From positions 45-64,044 of the forward strand of contig CAZGNX010000001.1 in assembly GCA_964527065.1 (NCBI GenBank): DNA of 64,000 nucleotides, in the 5' to 3' direction. The notes beneath the pieces are model-generated. The model saw only the letters and a program-made list of their open reading frames with translations, ran no database searches and was not told where the DNA came from. Of this stretch, positions 1-8,907 are shown one piece after another. The stretch's first letter is position 1; every line of letters starts with the position of its first letter. The translations under genes were made by a program, and so were the position numbers. The DNA comes from an uncultured Pseudomonadales bacterium (GTDB taxonomy: Bacteria; Patescibacteriota; Microgenomatia; UBA1400; UBA12108).

Positions 1-72
1 ACTTATACAAATGTTTGCTATTATGAAGAATGCGTATTATACTCGAGTCGAGATTAGGCTAGAATCCGGCGG

Positions 73-573
73 ATGAGTGAGAAGAATTTTGCAACCAGTG
101 GAGAAGCAAAGGTTTTTATTGAGGAGCTTGAGTGGGTAATGCTTGAGGCACTAGGAAATAGGGGAAGTAATTACTTACCCAAGTATCTGTCTTTTGAGGC
201 AATGATCCACTCTTTAACCTTAATGATTGACGAGGCTGTAAGAACGATATCTCCGGAGGAAGTTAGACCATTACGCTCAAGTGCTGTGGTAATTGACATG
301 GGTCTTGAATCTTGGCGAACTAGTTTGTGGGGGCCACTAAACATGGAACCTGAGAAAAATATGCATGAGCTTGAGAATGTGGCACGAATAGAATCAATAT
401 TAAAAGTTAGGGCTATACGAATACTGCTGGGGGAGAAGTTTGGGTTACGAGGATCTAGCGGTTTCGATGAGAGCTCTCAAGTATCCGCTCGCGCCCTGCC
501 CCGACTCCTCCCCCATTTTTTTGACGTATTGCTCCTGGGAGCTGGTGAGGAAGAGATTAAAGCGCCGGGATAG
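73..573 (+). CDS. hypothetical protein
   Basis: 166-aa ORF with TAGAAT 7 nt upstream of the ATG; no family recognised; 3' end overlaps the convergent gene by ~130 nt. Confidence 0.45.
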   Translation: MSEKNFATSGEAKVFIEELEWVMLEALGNRGSNYLPKYLSFEAMIHSLTLMIDEAVRTISPEEVRPLRSSAVVIDMGLESWRTSLWGPLNMEPEKNMHELENVARIESILKVRAIRILLGEKFGLRGSSGFDESSQVSARALPRLLPHFFDVLLLGAGEEEIKAPG

Positions 574-1008
574 CAAGTCTTTTTTGGCCTGGGAGAGGAA
601 ATCCTCAATTATCACGTCGATTGAGGCGCGATTGTACTTGCCAGCGTGGAAATAGCGATTGTTAATTTTCTGACTAAAATCTTCGTGAATCGAGAGACAC
701 AGCACGTGCTTTTTGGCCTGCATGGCGAGGGTGGCCTCGTGACCGAGCTGAAAATCCTCGTGACTATTTTCGATAATGACAGCATCGGCCCACAAGATGC
801 CGCGACGGATGGCCTCGTAGTGCAGTAAGTCTGGTTGACTCTCTAGCTTGGCGCGGATGGTGGGAGGCAAGATGTCCTTATAGTTCCCCTTTTCGGTAGC
901 GACTACTTCTGAGTCTGGCTGCGCATCGATCGCCCTTCCTACCATGTCGTAGTATTTTTGATACTTTTGTTTGCCGTGATAGCTGGCGGTCCAGAAGATT
1001 TTGAGCAT
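445..1008 (-). CDS. nucleoside 2-deoxyribosyltransferase-like domain fused to a C-terminal ribbon-helix-helix-like segment
   Basis: KIFWTAS...ADAVIIE.S..DFQLGHEATLA...KHVLCL matches the NDT/Rcl fold pattern; C-terminal RRFNLFLT...YV...ASGYLRALI resembles RHH. Confidence 0.6.
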   Translation of the reverse strand: MLKIFWTASYHGKQKYQKYYDMVGRAIDAQPDSEVVATEKGNYKDILPPTIRAKLESQPDLLHYEAIRRGILWADAVIIENSHEDFQLGHEATLAMQAKKHVLCLSIHEDFSQKINNRYFHAGKYNRASIDVIIEDFLSQAKKDLLSRRFNLFLTSSQEQYVKKMGEESGQGASGYLRALIETARSS

Positions 1009-1063
1009 ATTATGTATATATGTATATCATACTATTGCCTATTTATCAATATAATTGTATGAT

Positions 1064-1084
1064 TGTGGATAATTGTGTGTATAA
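1064..1084 (-). promoter_or_regulatory. two tandem DnaA boxes in a divergent promoter region
   Basis: TGTGGATAA (1064-1072) and TGTGTATAA (1076-1084) read TTATCCACA and TTATACACA on the minus strand; both fit TTWTNCACA. Confidence 0.55.
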
Positions 1085-1103
1085 TTTGTGTAAAGGAGAG
1101 ACA

Positions 1104-1556
1104 ATGATTAAATCTATCGGAACACATATTAAGGCGAGGGATTATGCCAAAAGTCGGGCATTTTATGAGGGGTTTGGGTTCCCGGTCATCTTTGAGTACG
1201 GACCTAACAAAGAGGTCAAGGAAGACTATAGTGGGGTGACGTTTGCGGTGGGCAGTGCCAAGCTCGAGATCGCAGATGGACACAGGGCGGTAAAACGCGA
1301 GACTTTTCTGGAAGAAGTGAAGTCAAGCAAAATTTCTTTGATGGTCGAGGTGGAGTCGCTGTCGGAGATTATCGCTAGGGCCCAAAAGATGGGACTCTCC
1401 CCTACCACCCCCGTACGACACTACTACTGGGGTAAGTTAGAAGTCGTATACCGAGATCCAGACGGGGTGATTGTGGTTTTTACGCAAGCCTATAATGAGG
1501 ATGATGCTAAAAAGTTGGGGGCAGATGAGAAGTTTGGCAAGCCACCTAGCGCCTAA
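1104..1556 (+). CDS. VOC/glyoxalase-bleomycin resistance family protein
   Basis: D..KSRAFYE..GF, YWG...YRDPDG motifs; AAGGAG Shine-Dalgarno before ATG 1104. Confidence 0.85.
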   Translation: MIKSIGTHIKARDYAKSRAFYEGFGFPVIFEYGPNKEVKEDYSGVTFAVGSAKLEIADGHRAVKRETFLEEVKSSKISLMVEVESLSEIIARAQKMGLSPTTPVRHYYWGKLEVVYRDPDGVIVVFTQAYNEDDAKKLGADEKFGKPPSA

Positions 1557-1577
1557 ACCTTTTGTTATACTAATTCT

Positions 1578-1958
1578 GTGAAACAGAAAGTTTTAACTGA
1601 TAAAGCCCCCCAACCTGGTGCAATGCCATTTTCACAAGCAATTGTGGCAGACAAACTGGTGTTTACGGCGGGACAGATTTATCTCACGCCCGAGGGTAAG
1701 TTGCTTGAGGGTACGCTAGAGGAACAGATCCACCAGGTGATGAGAAATTTGCAGGCAATCCTAGAGGCGGCGGGGGTGACATTTGCCGAGGTGGTCAAGA
1801 CGACAATCTATGTGAGCGATATGAGTATTTACGGCAAAGTAAACGAAATTTATGGTAGCTATATGTCTGATCCCTACCCTGCGCGGGAGACGGTGTGCGT
1901 GAAAGAGCTCCCCCTGGGAGCAAAACTCGAGATTTCGATGGTAGCGGTCAAGAAGTAG
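1578..1958 (+). CDS. ridA: RidA/YjgF/UK114 family enamine deaminase
   Basis: FSQA...GQI...N..AIL..AG..VVKTT...YPAR..V.V..LP.GAKLEI. Confidence 0.92.
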   Translation: MKQKVLTDKAPQPGAMPFSQAIVADKLVFTAGQIYLTPEGKLLEGTLEEQIHQVMRNLQAILEAAGVTFAEVVKTTIYVSDMSIYGKVNEIYGSYMSDPYPARETVCVKELPLGAKLEISMVAVKK

Positions 1959-1962
1959 CTGG

Positions 1963-2493
1963 TTAGATTAATTTGAGCAGCTTGGGAAATTGTTTGTAGC
2001 CGTCGGAGTCCATAAAGTGACCGCCTTGGCGGATAAAGACAAACTCGGCCTTGAGCCGACCGGCCATGTCTCCAGCAATCAACTTGGTCACATAGGGGTC
2101 GTTATCGGAATGGACGACAAAGCGCTTGGAGGTATTCTTGATTATTTTACTGTGGTTAAGAGGTGTAGGCCAAAATGATTCGATACCGGCGGTTAAATCG
2201 TTAAAGTCCCATCCGCCAACGAGAATCATGGTTTTGTAGGCGTGCCTCTCAGCAAGACGCATGGCTAGCTGGGTGCCCAAGCTGTGACCAATAATAACCG
2301 TGTCTTTGTCGATCTTTAGTAGTTTTTCGAGATATTTGAGCTGGGTGGGCATGTGTGGGGTTTTGCTGTACATGGTAGGGATGACGGGAAGGTAGACTTG
2401 GTAGCCCTTTTGCTTTAACTCTTTTTTGAGCCAGGGATACCAGTGGGAGGTGGTTTTTTGGGGCCACCCTTGGAGGATTAGGGCTTGTTTCAT
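1963..2493 (-). CDS. RBBP9/YdeN family alpha/beta hydrolase
   Basis: HWYPWLK, GHSLG nucleophile elbow, SDNDPYV, GGHF; start placed at MKQALIL (TATAAT 6 nt upstream). Confidence 0.9.
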   Translation of the reverse strand: MKQALILQGWPQKTTSHWYPWLKKELKQKGYQVYLPVIPTMYSKTPHMPTQLKYLEKLLKIDKDTVIIGHSLGTQLAMRLAERHAYKTMILVGGWDFNDLTAGIESFWPTPLNHSKIIKNTSKRFVVHSDNDPYVTKLIAGDMAGRLKAEFVFIRQGGHFMDSDGYKQFPKLLKLI

Positions 2494-2545
2494 GGGGGTA
2501 TTATACCAACTGGGCGAGTTTGGCGCGGGAGAAGGCGAAGGCAAC

Positions 2546-2574
2546 TTGACAAGCCATAGGTAACATGTTACTTT
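2546..2574 (+). promoter_or_regulatory. sigma70 promoter of TA operon with palindromic operator
   Basis: TTGACA(2546)-17 nt-TACTTT(2569) with TG extension; perfect palindrome GTAACATGTTAC at 2560-2571. Confidence 0.7.
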
Positions 2575-2580
2575 GTGCCT

Positions 2581-2835
2581 ATGCAAACACTTACACATAG
2601 AACAAATGTATTATTTTCATCTGATGAATATAGGTTGTTATCCACGCTCGCGAGGCAGAATAAAAAAACATTAGGTGAGTTGATCCGCCACGCTGTCAAA
2701 AAAACCTATGCTGGTAATACGAGAGACTCATTTGAGGCATCGCTGGCGCGTATCCGTCAATTGACCAAGGGCGTCAAGATCAAGAAATCTGAGTATCGAT
2801 CTCTTGTGATTGAGGGTCGTAAGTATGAAGACTAG
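2581..2835 (+). CDS. ribbon-helix-helix antitoxin (VapB-like)
   Basis: HRTNVLFS..EY..L..LA....TLGELIRHAV RHH pattern; directly upstream of and overlapping a PIN toxin. Confidence 0.75.
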   Translation: MQTLTHRTNVLFSSDEYRLLSTLARQNKKTLGELIRHAVKKTYAGNTRDSFEASLARIRQLTKGVKIKKSEYRSLVIEGRKYED

Positions 2836-3181
2836 AGTTGTGGTAGATGCCTCTTACGTCCTGAGCTGGCTCATGCCAGACGAAAACCATCCCAAAACAA
2901 AGGTTGGACAGAAAATAGCCCCTACCCTACTACCGTACGAGGTAGTTAATGCACTAAAATCGGCAGTTGCTCAAAGAAGAATCACAGAGGAGCTGGCGCA
3001 GAGCTTGCTTGGCGAGTTTTTGGGTTGGCAGATTGATTACCAAGAGATTGATGCGGCAGGTGTGCTCCAGATTGCGGTTGCACATAAGTTGTCAAGCTAT
3101 GATGCGAGTTATGTGTATTTAGCAAGAAAGATGAAAAGTGCGCTACTAACCTGGGATAAGAAGCTCGAGAAGTTGGTTTGA
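2825..3181 (+). CDS. vapC: PIN-domain toxin (VapC family)
   Basis: VVVDAS, P.L..YEV.N, LS.YDASY..LA, LLT.D..L. Confidence 0.9.
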   Translation: MKTRVVVDASYVLSWLMPDENHPKTKVGQKIAPTLLPYEVVNALKSAVAQRRITEELAQSLLGEFLGWQIDYQEIDAAGVLQIAVAHKLSSYDASYVYLARKMKSALLTWDKKLEKLV

Positions 3182-3225
3182 ACTAGCGTGGGGGTAGGCA
3201 CAGGTATCTGCGATATAATGGACTT

Positions 3226-4119
3226 ATGCAAGCGATAGATTTGAAACAGTTGGGCTATCAGATTAAGCAAGTATTTCTTGAGCAAGATACCTACGTCTTT
3301 GGCAAGCTGGTGACAGAGTTTGAGAAAGACGGCAAGTTTGGAGGGGATTTTGTCTACTTTGCCATGATTGATCCCTCAACAACACCCGCTACTTTTTATG
3401 AAGTTACCTCTCCATTTGATCTGGTTTCGGGCAAGGCGCCGCAGTTGGCTCTCGTGTTCCGCCACGGCAAGTGTGTTTTGAATACTGATTACACGGACTA
3501 TGCCGCGATGCGGACAGGAATAATGGACGGAGTGGTGATCGCACAAACCCAAATGGATAAAAAGGTGAGGGTGTTACTTTTTGGTTCCGGCAAGACGGCT
3601 AGCTGGTCAATACGCGGGCTGGCAGAGCTCACCCCGTGGATCAAACGAATAGACTACTATTCAAAAAGCGGCAAGAAGGCATCATTTGAAAGCCTGGGTA
3701 AAGAGGTGGGGATTGAGCTCGTATATACACAGGCTTGGCGTGAACAGTTGTCTAGCTACGATGTCATCATTTGTCACACTAACGCGAGCGAGCCAATTCT
3801 CACGGCAGCTGATATGGCAAGCGTGAAAAAGGGTGCTCAAATCCATAGTTTTATAGGGAGTACCGAGCACGGGGAGCTAGCGGATCAGTTTTATAGTGCG
3901 CAGGCTCAAATTGTCAGTGATTGGCCTAAGATCCTGGCAGACAACAAAATTATGCAGCGAGCAACAACTACGGGTGGGGTGGAGCCAGGGAAAATCGTTT
4001 ACCTCAAAGAGTTTTTTGGTAACAACTATCAATTCAAGGCCGGAGCCCCTTACACTATTTTTCAGTTTGGCGGGACGCCACTACAAAATCTGGCAGTTTT
4101 GCAGCTGTTGACCGGGTAG
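3226..4119 (+). CDS. ornithine cyclodeaminase/mu-crystallin family protein (divergent)
   Basis: AAMRTG, LFGSGKTA Rossmann motif, DVIIC.T.A.EP, C-terminal G..LQ.LA. Confidence 0.7.
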   Translation: MQAIDLKQLGYQIKQVFLEQDTYVFGKLVTEFEKDGKFGGDFVYFAMIDPSTTPATFYEVTSPFDLVSGKAPQLALVFRHGKCVLNTDYTDYAAMRTGIMDGVVIAQTQMDKKVRVLLFGSGKTASWSIRGLAELTPWIKRIDYYSKSGKKASFESLGKEVGIELVYTQAWREQLSSYDVIICHTNASEPILTAADMASVKKGAQIHSFIGSTEHGELADQFYSAQAQIVSDWPKILADNKIMQRATTTGGVEPGKIVYLKEFFGNNYQFKAGAPYTIFQFGGTPLQNLAVLQLLTG

Positions 4120-4131
4120 TATACTCAACCA

Positions 4132-4611
4132 ATGAAAAAGACTGGTTCTTTCTGGCAGAGTCTTGAGATTTACACGTGGAAAGTAGTGGAGCGCAGTCCC
4201 CTCCCCTGGTCTTGGATAGGAATAGGAACAGTTGTTCTTATACTGTTGGCGTCTCTACTTAACAGGCAAAATAGTGTGGTTTCGGTGGGGAATATGCGGG
4301 AAGTGATTGTAAAAGCGGCGGAGCGAGGAGATTATGGACTGGCAAGAAAACTATTGGACCATTACACCAGTGAACCATTAGACCATTTAGTGCTGGGGGT
4401 GCAGAGCGAATTGGAGGACAAGGTTTACCCTGAGCGAGTGGTGGAGCGCAGGACACTCGAGCTGGAGACAAAACTAGGAGAGTATCCCGGGAACAGACAG
4501 ATTTACCTCATGCTGAGCGAGCTGTATCGACAATTGGAGAACCCAACTAAAGAAAGTGAATATCGTGAAAAGGCACGGGTTTTGGATCCGAACAATCTAG
4601 AATATCGGTGA
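4132..4611 (+). CDS. membrane-anchored TPR-like hypothetical protein
   Basis: one TM helix; C-terminal YP.NR..YL.L..LY..L...A..LDPN TPR-like helix pair. Confidence 0.6.
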   Translation: MKKTGSFWQSLEIYTWKVVERSPLPWSWIGIGTVVLILLASLLNRQNSVVSVGNMREVIVKAAERGDYGLARKLLDHYTSEPLDHLVLGVQSELEDKVYPERVVERRTLELETKLGEYPGNRQIYLMLSELYRQLENPTKESEYREKARVLDPNNLEYR

Positions 4612-4620
4612 ATCACAAAA

Positions 4621-4671
4621 GTTCCGATCTCCTGCCTGCGCAGGCAGGCTCGCTCCGACAAGGATCGGAAC
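4621..4671. repeat. nested palindromic element between convergent genes
   Basis: outer IR GTTCCGATC/GATCGGAAC enclosing perfect palindrome CCTGCCTGCGCAGGCAGG (4631-4648). Confidence 0.75.
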
Positions 4672-4684
4672 TAGGAACGGGAAA

Positions 4685-5386
4685 TTATTCTTTTTTAGCT
4701 TCTTTTTTCGGTGCCTCAGTAGGCTCGGCAGGTTTGGCACCCTCCCCTTCTGGTTTGGCATCACCCTCAACTGGTGCGGCACCTTCGGCGCCTCCGGCGG
4801 GCTCAGGGGCTACAACCACCTCTTCTTTGGCGGGCTCTTGGATGGTCGCGATCACCTCGTCGTCGCCCACGGTGAGGGTCACTTTGGTGCGATCAAGCTT
4901 GAGATCTCCCGCATGTATGGTGTTGCCTAGCTCTTTTAAGGCTGAAATATCTACTTCGATGAGGTCGGGAAGATCGGTGGGGAGTGCCTCTACGTCTAGA
5001 GCGTTCTTTTGCATAACCAAGACTAGCCCTGATTTGACGGCTTCGGACTCGCCCACAGCGCGTAATGGTACGGTCGCGGTGGTTTTTTGGGTCAAGTCGA
5101 CCTCGTGAAAATCGACGTGGAGCATAGCACCTGTCACTGGATCTTGGGCATAACCTGAAACCAGCACAGGATGCGGCTTGGTCTCACCCTTGATCATGAG
5201 CTCGATCAGTCCGGTTTCCCCTGCCAAGCGCATAGTGTCGAGGAGTTTGGCACTTGCAACTTCGATCGCAAGCGATTTGATTTTTTTGCCAAAAATATTG
5301 GCGGGGATGATGCCCCTTGCTCGGAGTTGTTTGGTCTTGCGACCCAGGAGGGTGCGGGGTGCAGCATCTAATGAGTAGGTAGTCAT
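4685..5386 (-). CDS. rplY: 50S ribosomal protein L25/Ctc
   Basis: LR..G.IPA.IFG, HVDF..V, LP..IEVDIS.L; acidic/Pro-rich tail. Confidence 0.95.
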   Translation of the reverse strand: MTTYSLDAAPRTLLGRKTKQLRARGIIPANIFGKKIKSLAIEVASAKLLDTMRLAGETGLIELMIKGETKPHPVLVSGYAQDPVTGAMLHVDFHEVDLTQKTTATVPLRAVGESEAVKSGLVLVMQKNALDVEALPTDLPDLIEVDISALKELGNTIHAGDLKLDRTKVTLTVGDDEVIATIQEPAKEEVVVAPEPAGGAEGAAPVEGDAKPEGEGAKPAEPTEAPKKEAKKE

Positions 5387-5398
5387 AGAGGGATTATA

Positions 5399-5429
5399 CC
5401 ACCCTTCGCCCTGTCGGGCTACGCAGTGG
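5399..5429. repeat. bulged mini-hairpin repeat (CC..CTTCGCC-loop-GGCTWCG..GG family)
   Basis: ccacccttcgccctgtcgggctacgcagtgg; relatives at 44370, 54427, 58113. Confidence 0.6.
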
Positions 5430-5439
5430 CGCAGCCATA

Positions 5440-8187
5440 TTATTGAGAGAATTTGACGGTGAGGCGACGATCCTTGTCGTTGGCCATATTAAATTTGAGC
5501 TGTTGAGTGGTGAGCTCGGCCAGGGGAGAAACAATCTCTGGTTTGAGGTAGAGAGGGTGGTTGAGATAGACAGTAAGTGGGTCAGTTGCGAAAGTTCCTG
5601 GTTGTTTTTGCCAGTACCAAGAATAGACAAACTCCCCTGACTCGGCTATTTGGGGTGTGGTATAGGTGACCTCTACGAGAACACTACTGCTTACAGGCAC
5701 TGTCATTAGGTGGCTGAGTACGACATAGTTTTGTTGTGAGCTGAGGGTGATCTCGGGGTTGGTAAGTATACGACCATCGACTTTGATTTCGCTGACATTG
5801 GTGCCTTGTGGCAAGTAGAGACGCTGATAATTTTTGTATGCTCCAGCGGGCCATGCGCTTGAGGTGGATGTGTTGTTGTAGCGGAGGCGGAGCGTATGGT
5901 TGACCAAGAGGTCTTTGTCAAAAGTAATAACTTGTTCGATGTTCCTTGTTACAAAATAGTTGGCTTTGTTGACTCCAAAGTTATTATCGACAACCATGGC
6001 ATAATCTTTGTGACAATGGTCGAGGGCTGGACATGGGAGATCGACAAGCGCACCATCCCAACCAAGGACTTCAAAGGCGTGCGCAGAGACGGGATTGATG
6101 AGTGAAATCAGTGTGTCTTTGGCTTCGATTGACTGGGCAAGCGCCATCATGAGTTTGATGCCCTCCCCCGATGAGACATGTGGCAAGCGGGCAAAGAGCG
6201 CGCTTGCGACGGTGCTAAGAAACTCTTTTTTTTGGGTCGAACCAGGGAAAAAATTGACTTCGGCGTGGAATTGAGCGCGCTCGTAGAGATTGCTTTCGCT
6301 AATTGTTTCTTCGTAATCAGGGATCTCCAGTGGTCCGGTGGCTTTGAGGATAGCCTTCAGGCTATTGACATTGACGGCTATGGTGCCGTCTAGTGTTTGT
6401 CCCAGTGATTTTTGGATAAACCATTCTGCTCGCCTGGCACTCGTGGGAAAATCTGGATCAAAGTTGCTGTCGCGTAGGTACCAATTGGCTTCTCCCAAAA
6501 TATCGCGGATGGGAGGAGGTGGTTCGACATGCCCCTTAAGTTGGCCATCGGCTTCGTAGACGTCAAAGATGGGCATATCGTAGAGTTTGCCGTTTTCAAA
6601 ACTCAAGAGCGCGAAGGAGCCGATAAACCCCCCCGTCGATCTAAGCTCCATATTGTTCTGAAACAAAACCACATATTTGCGCCGGCCGCCGAGGGCTATC
6701 ACGTCGGGAGCGCTCGCCAACAAAGCTTTGGCAGTCACCACTGAGCGTTTGAGATCGGCGAGCTTGGCTCTTCCTGCTTGGTAGTCCAGATCATAGCGCG
6801 TGGCAAGGACGTGGGGAGTTTGGGTGGGTAGGAGTCCTTCTAAAAGTGAGAGTTGGCTGTAGAGCTCCTCGGTAGCGAGCCGGCTTTGACTAAGCAATTG
6901 CACTGGATCGGCCTCACCACTTCCAAAAACGTAGTGCGCCAACTCTTTGGTTGAATTCTCTAGTGTTTGGGTGGTAGAGAGCGCGCGTAAGGCCTGCTCA
7001 TAGGCATCAAGGAGGAGGCTGATTTCTGACACAGGGCGTTGAGGCTTAATTCCTGGTAGTGAGCCGATTAGTGCCCAGTTGGCTCTGACGTAAGTGAGTG
7101 CAAAACTATTGAGCCCAGTAACGTGAGGAACCTCATTGTTGCTGAACTCCCGCAGGATGTAGCGGAGTGTCAACCCTGTTATGGTGGCAAAACAGGCTAG
7201 GGATCCTAGGTAAAGTGCGAAGGCGATTACCATCCCTCGACCAATAATCCATAACAAACGAGGGGGACTAGATTTGGGTGCTGGACGTTTGGGCCAGAGA
7301 AGCCTGGGCTTTGGCTTGGGGGTGGATAGGGGGACAAAGACAGGCGCCCTAGATTTGAGTGGGGCTAATTTGGGATTAGTCTCAGTTGCACTTGGTGGCG
7401 GTACGGGGACAGTAGGAGGAGTGGGTGGTTTGGCGTGTGTCTTGAAATATTTTTTGAGTAAGTCTTGGGGAAAATCATCTGGATGGTGGGACACTTTGTC
7501 GGGACTGGGTCTTGTGCTTGGTCTTTGTAGACGATAATCTTCTTGTTTGACGTTCTCAAACACGAGTTGAATTTTGAAGAGTAGACTCGTGCGGACAAGA
7601 TAAGCGAGATTGAGTAAAGAGGCAGAGGCACCTAGTATGGCACGGGACTCCCCCATTCGTTTTGAAGGCTCTAAGATGGCGGCGACTATTTGTCCCGCAA
7701 GCTCTCTGACCCCCAAGATGCTAACTTCTTGCAACCCATCCTCAGGGATGATTAAGGGCTTGCCACGATTGATGTCGTCTAACCATGATTGTAATTGTGG
7801 TGAGCACAGCTCCCTCTCTCCAACATAATCAGGGTAAAGTAGGTGCTTGGTAACAGGGGCCAGGTCTTGCGGCGGATGGTTGTATTGAGCGTGAGTAAGA
7901 GTGAATAGTTGAGAAGCGCCTGATTGGATGAGGGGAAGTAATGCCGCGATTAACTCTCTCCCCTCCCCCGCAAGCCAAGTAGGAGTCAGCGTGTCTGACA
8001 AGAGGATGACGTAGTCTGGATCGTGCGTCTTGCTCATGGCCTCAAGATCAAAAATACTCTCGAGCTGTTGCGCGTATACCCCCTTTGATTTGAGACTCAT
8101 AACCAAGGCCTGGGTAAGTTCGGTAGTTGCGCCTAAAACCACGGCGGCTTGTTCACGTGTTTCGACGGTAAAGCGTTGGGCAGTCAT
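5440..8187 (-). CDS. DUF4012-domain membrane protein with degenerate N-terminal epimerase-like region and Pro-rich linker
   Basis: VLFQNNMELRSTGGFIGS, WYLRDSNFDPDFP, NKANYFV, YKNYQRLYLP, QKQPG motifs. Confidence 0.85.
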   Translation of the reverse strand: MTAQRFTVETREQAAVVLGATTELTQALVMSLKSKGVYAQQLESIFDLEAMSKTHDPDYVILLSDTLTPTWLAGEGRELIAALLPLIQSGASQLFTLTHAQYNHPPQDLAPVTKHLLYPDYVGERELCSPQLQSWLDDINRGKPLIIPEDGLQEVSILGVRELAGQIVAAILEPSKRMGESRAILGASASLLNLAYLVRTSLLFKIQLVFENVKQEDYRLQRPSTRPSPDKVSHHPDDFPQDLLKKYFKTHAKPPTPPTVPVPPPSATETNPKLAPLKSRAPVFVPLSTPKPKPRLLWPKRPAPKSSPPRLLWIIGRGMVIAFALYLGSLACFATITGLTLRYILREFSNNEVPHVTGLNSFALTYVRANWALIGSLPGIKPQRPVSEISLLLDAYEQALRALSTTQTLENSTKELAHYVFGSGEADPVQLLSQSRLATEELYSQLSLLEGLLPTQTPHVLATRYDLDYQAGRAKLADLKRSVVTAKALLASAPDVIALGGRRKYVVLFQNNMELRSTGGFIGSFALLSFENGKLYDMPIFDVYEADGQLKGHVEPPPPIRDILGEANWYLRDSNFDPDFPTSARRAEWFIQKSLGQTLDGTIAVNVNSLKAILKATGPLEIPDYEETISESNLYERAQFHAEVNFFPGSTQKKEFLSTVASALFARLPHVSSGEGIKLMMALAQSIEAKDTLISLINPVSAHAFEVLGWDGALVDLPCPALDHCHKDYAMVVDNNFGVNKANYFVTRNIEQVITFDKDLLVNHTLRLRYNNTSTSSAWPAGAYKNYQRLYLPQGTNVSEIKVDGRILTNPEITLSSQQNYVVLSHLMTVPVSSSVLVEVTYTTPQIAESGEFVYSWYWQKQPGTFATDPLTVYLNHPLYLKPEIVSPLAELTTQQLKFNMANDKDRRLTVKFSQ

Positions 8188-8214
8188 TCTTTAATCCTAA
8201 CACGAGAGTTGTGC

Positions 8215-8420
8215 CTAGGTTTTTATATCTTTTTTTGTCTTATATAGTTACTGTTTTTACAATTCCTTTTTGTTTGTACGTTTTTTTGCGTCTTTTTTAT
8301 CTTGTCTTTTTTATATATTATTTCACCTGTTTCGTGTTCGTACTTTTTTTGCACGTTTTTTACCTGTCTTATTATCTCCTCGTACCTACAAAATTTCTCT
8401 CCACTATTTTGAGTCCTATA
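8215..8420 (-). pseudogene. possible decayed YraN (UPF0102) remnant
   Basis: minus strand reads GLKIVERNF then, after a frameshift, (C)RYEEI, resembling YraN G.KILERNFRCRYGEID; no start codon; extreme A bias. Confidence 0.35.
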
Positions 8421-8429
8421 ACTTATGAT

Positions 8430-8481
8430 AATCAGACAACTCAGAGAGTCGGTAAATCAGAAGATTAGAGAATCGGAGAAG
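8430..8481. repeat. degenerate 9-bp periodic array
   Basis: aatcagaca actcagaga gtcggtaaa tcagaagat tagagaatc ggagaag; similar array at 18011-18128. Confidence 0.5.
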
Positions 8482-8889
8482 TTAGACTTGATGTGCATCG
8501 AGGGTCTGGTTGACGAGTTCATCTGCCTGGGCATTTTGGGCGCGGGGAACGTAAGAAATAGAATATTTTGGTAGTCGAGCAAGGAAAACCATTGCTTCCC
8601 GGTAACGAGGGATTATATCTGGATGTTTGACTTTGAACTCCCCTTTTATCTGGTTTACGATCAGCAATGAGTCCATCTGGATTGTCAGTTCTGCGAGGGG
8701 GTGGTGGTCGACAACCCACCTAACTCCCGCGATGAGACCAGCATATTCTGCTTGGTTGTTAGTAGTGACACCAAGATAATTACCGCATTTATCCAGAATG
8801 ATTCCCGCAGAGTCTTGGATGACAAAGCCGTAGGCGGCGGGGCCGGGATTGCCACGCGAGCCGCCGTCGCAATTGAGTAACAGTTTCAT
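8482..8889 (-). CDS. rnhA: ribonuclease HI
   Basis: CDGGSRGNPGPAA, TNNQAEY, MDS.LIVNQI.G.FKVK, VPR.QN..AD. Confidence 0.95.
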   Translation of the reverse strand: MKLLLNCDGGSRGNPGPAAYGFVIQDSAGIILDKCGNYLGVTTNNQAEYAGLIAGVRWVVDHHPLAELTIQMDSLLIVNQIKGEFKVKHPDIIPRYREAMVFLARLPKYSISYVPRAQNAQADELVNQTLDAHQV

Positions 8890-8907
8890 AGATTTATGAT
8901 TCTCGAT

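Noticed and set aside
4608-5378. Plus-strand ORFs antisense to rplY, and similar shadow ORFs across virB4, pilin, suf and tsa genes
   Set aside because: They are antisense or alternate-frame shadows of well-supported genes.
8211-8468. 85-aa Phe/Leu/Tyr-rich plus-strand ORF as a membrane protein
   Set aside because: The hydrophobicity is a by-product of the T-rich tract; it is antisense to the operon and has no family features.
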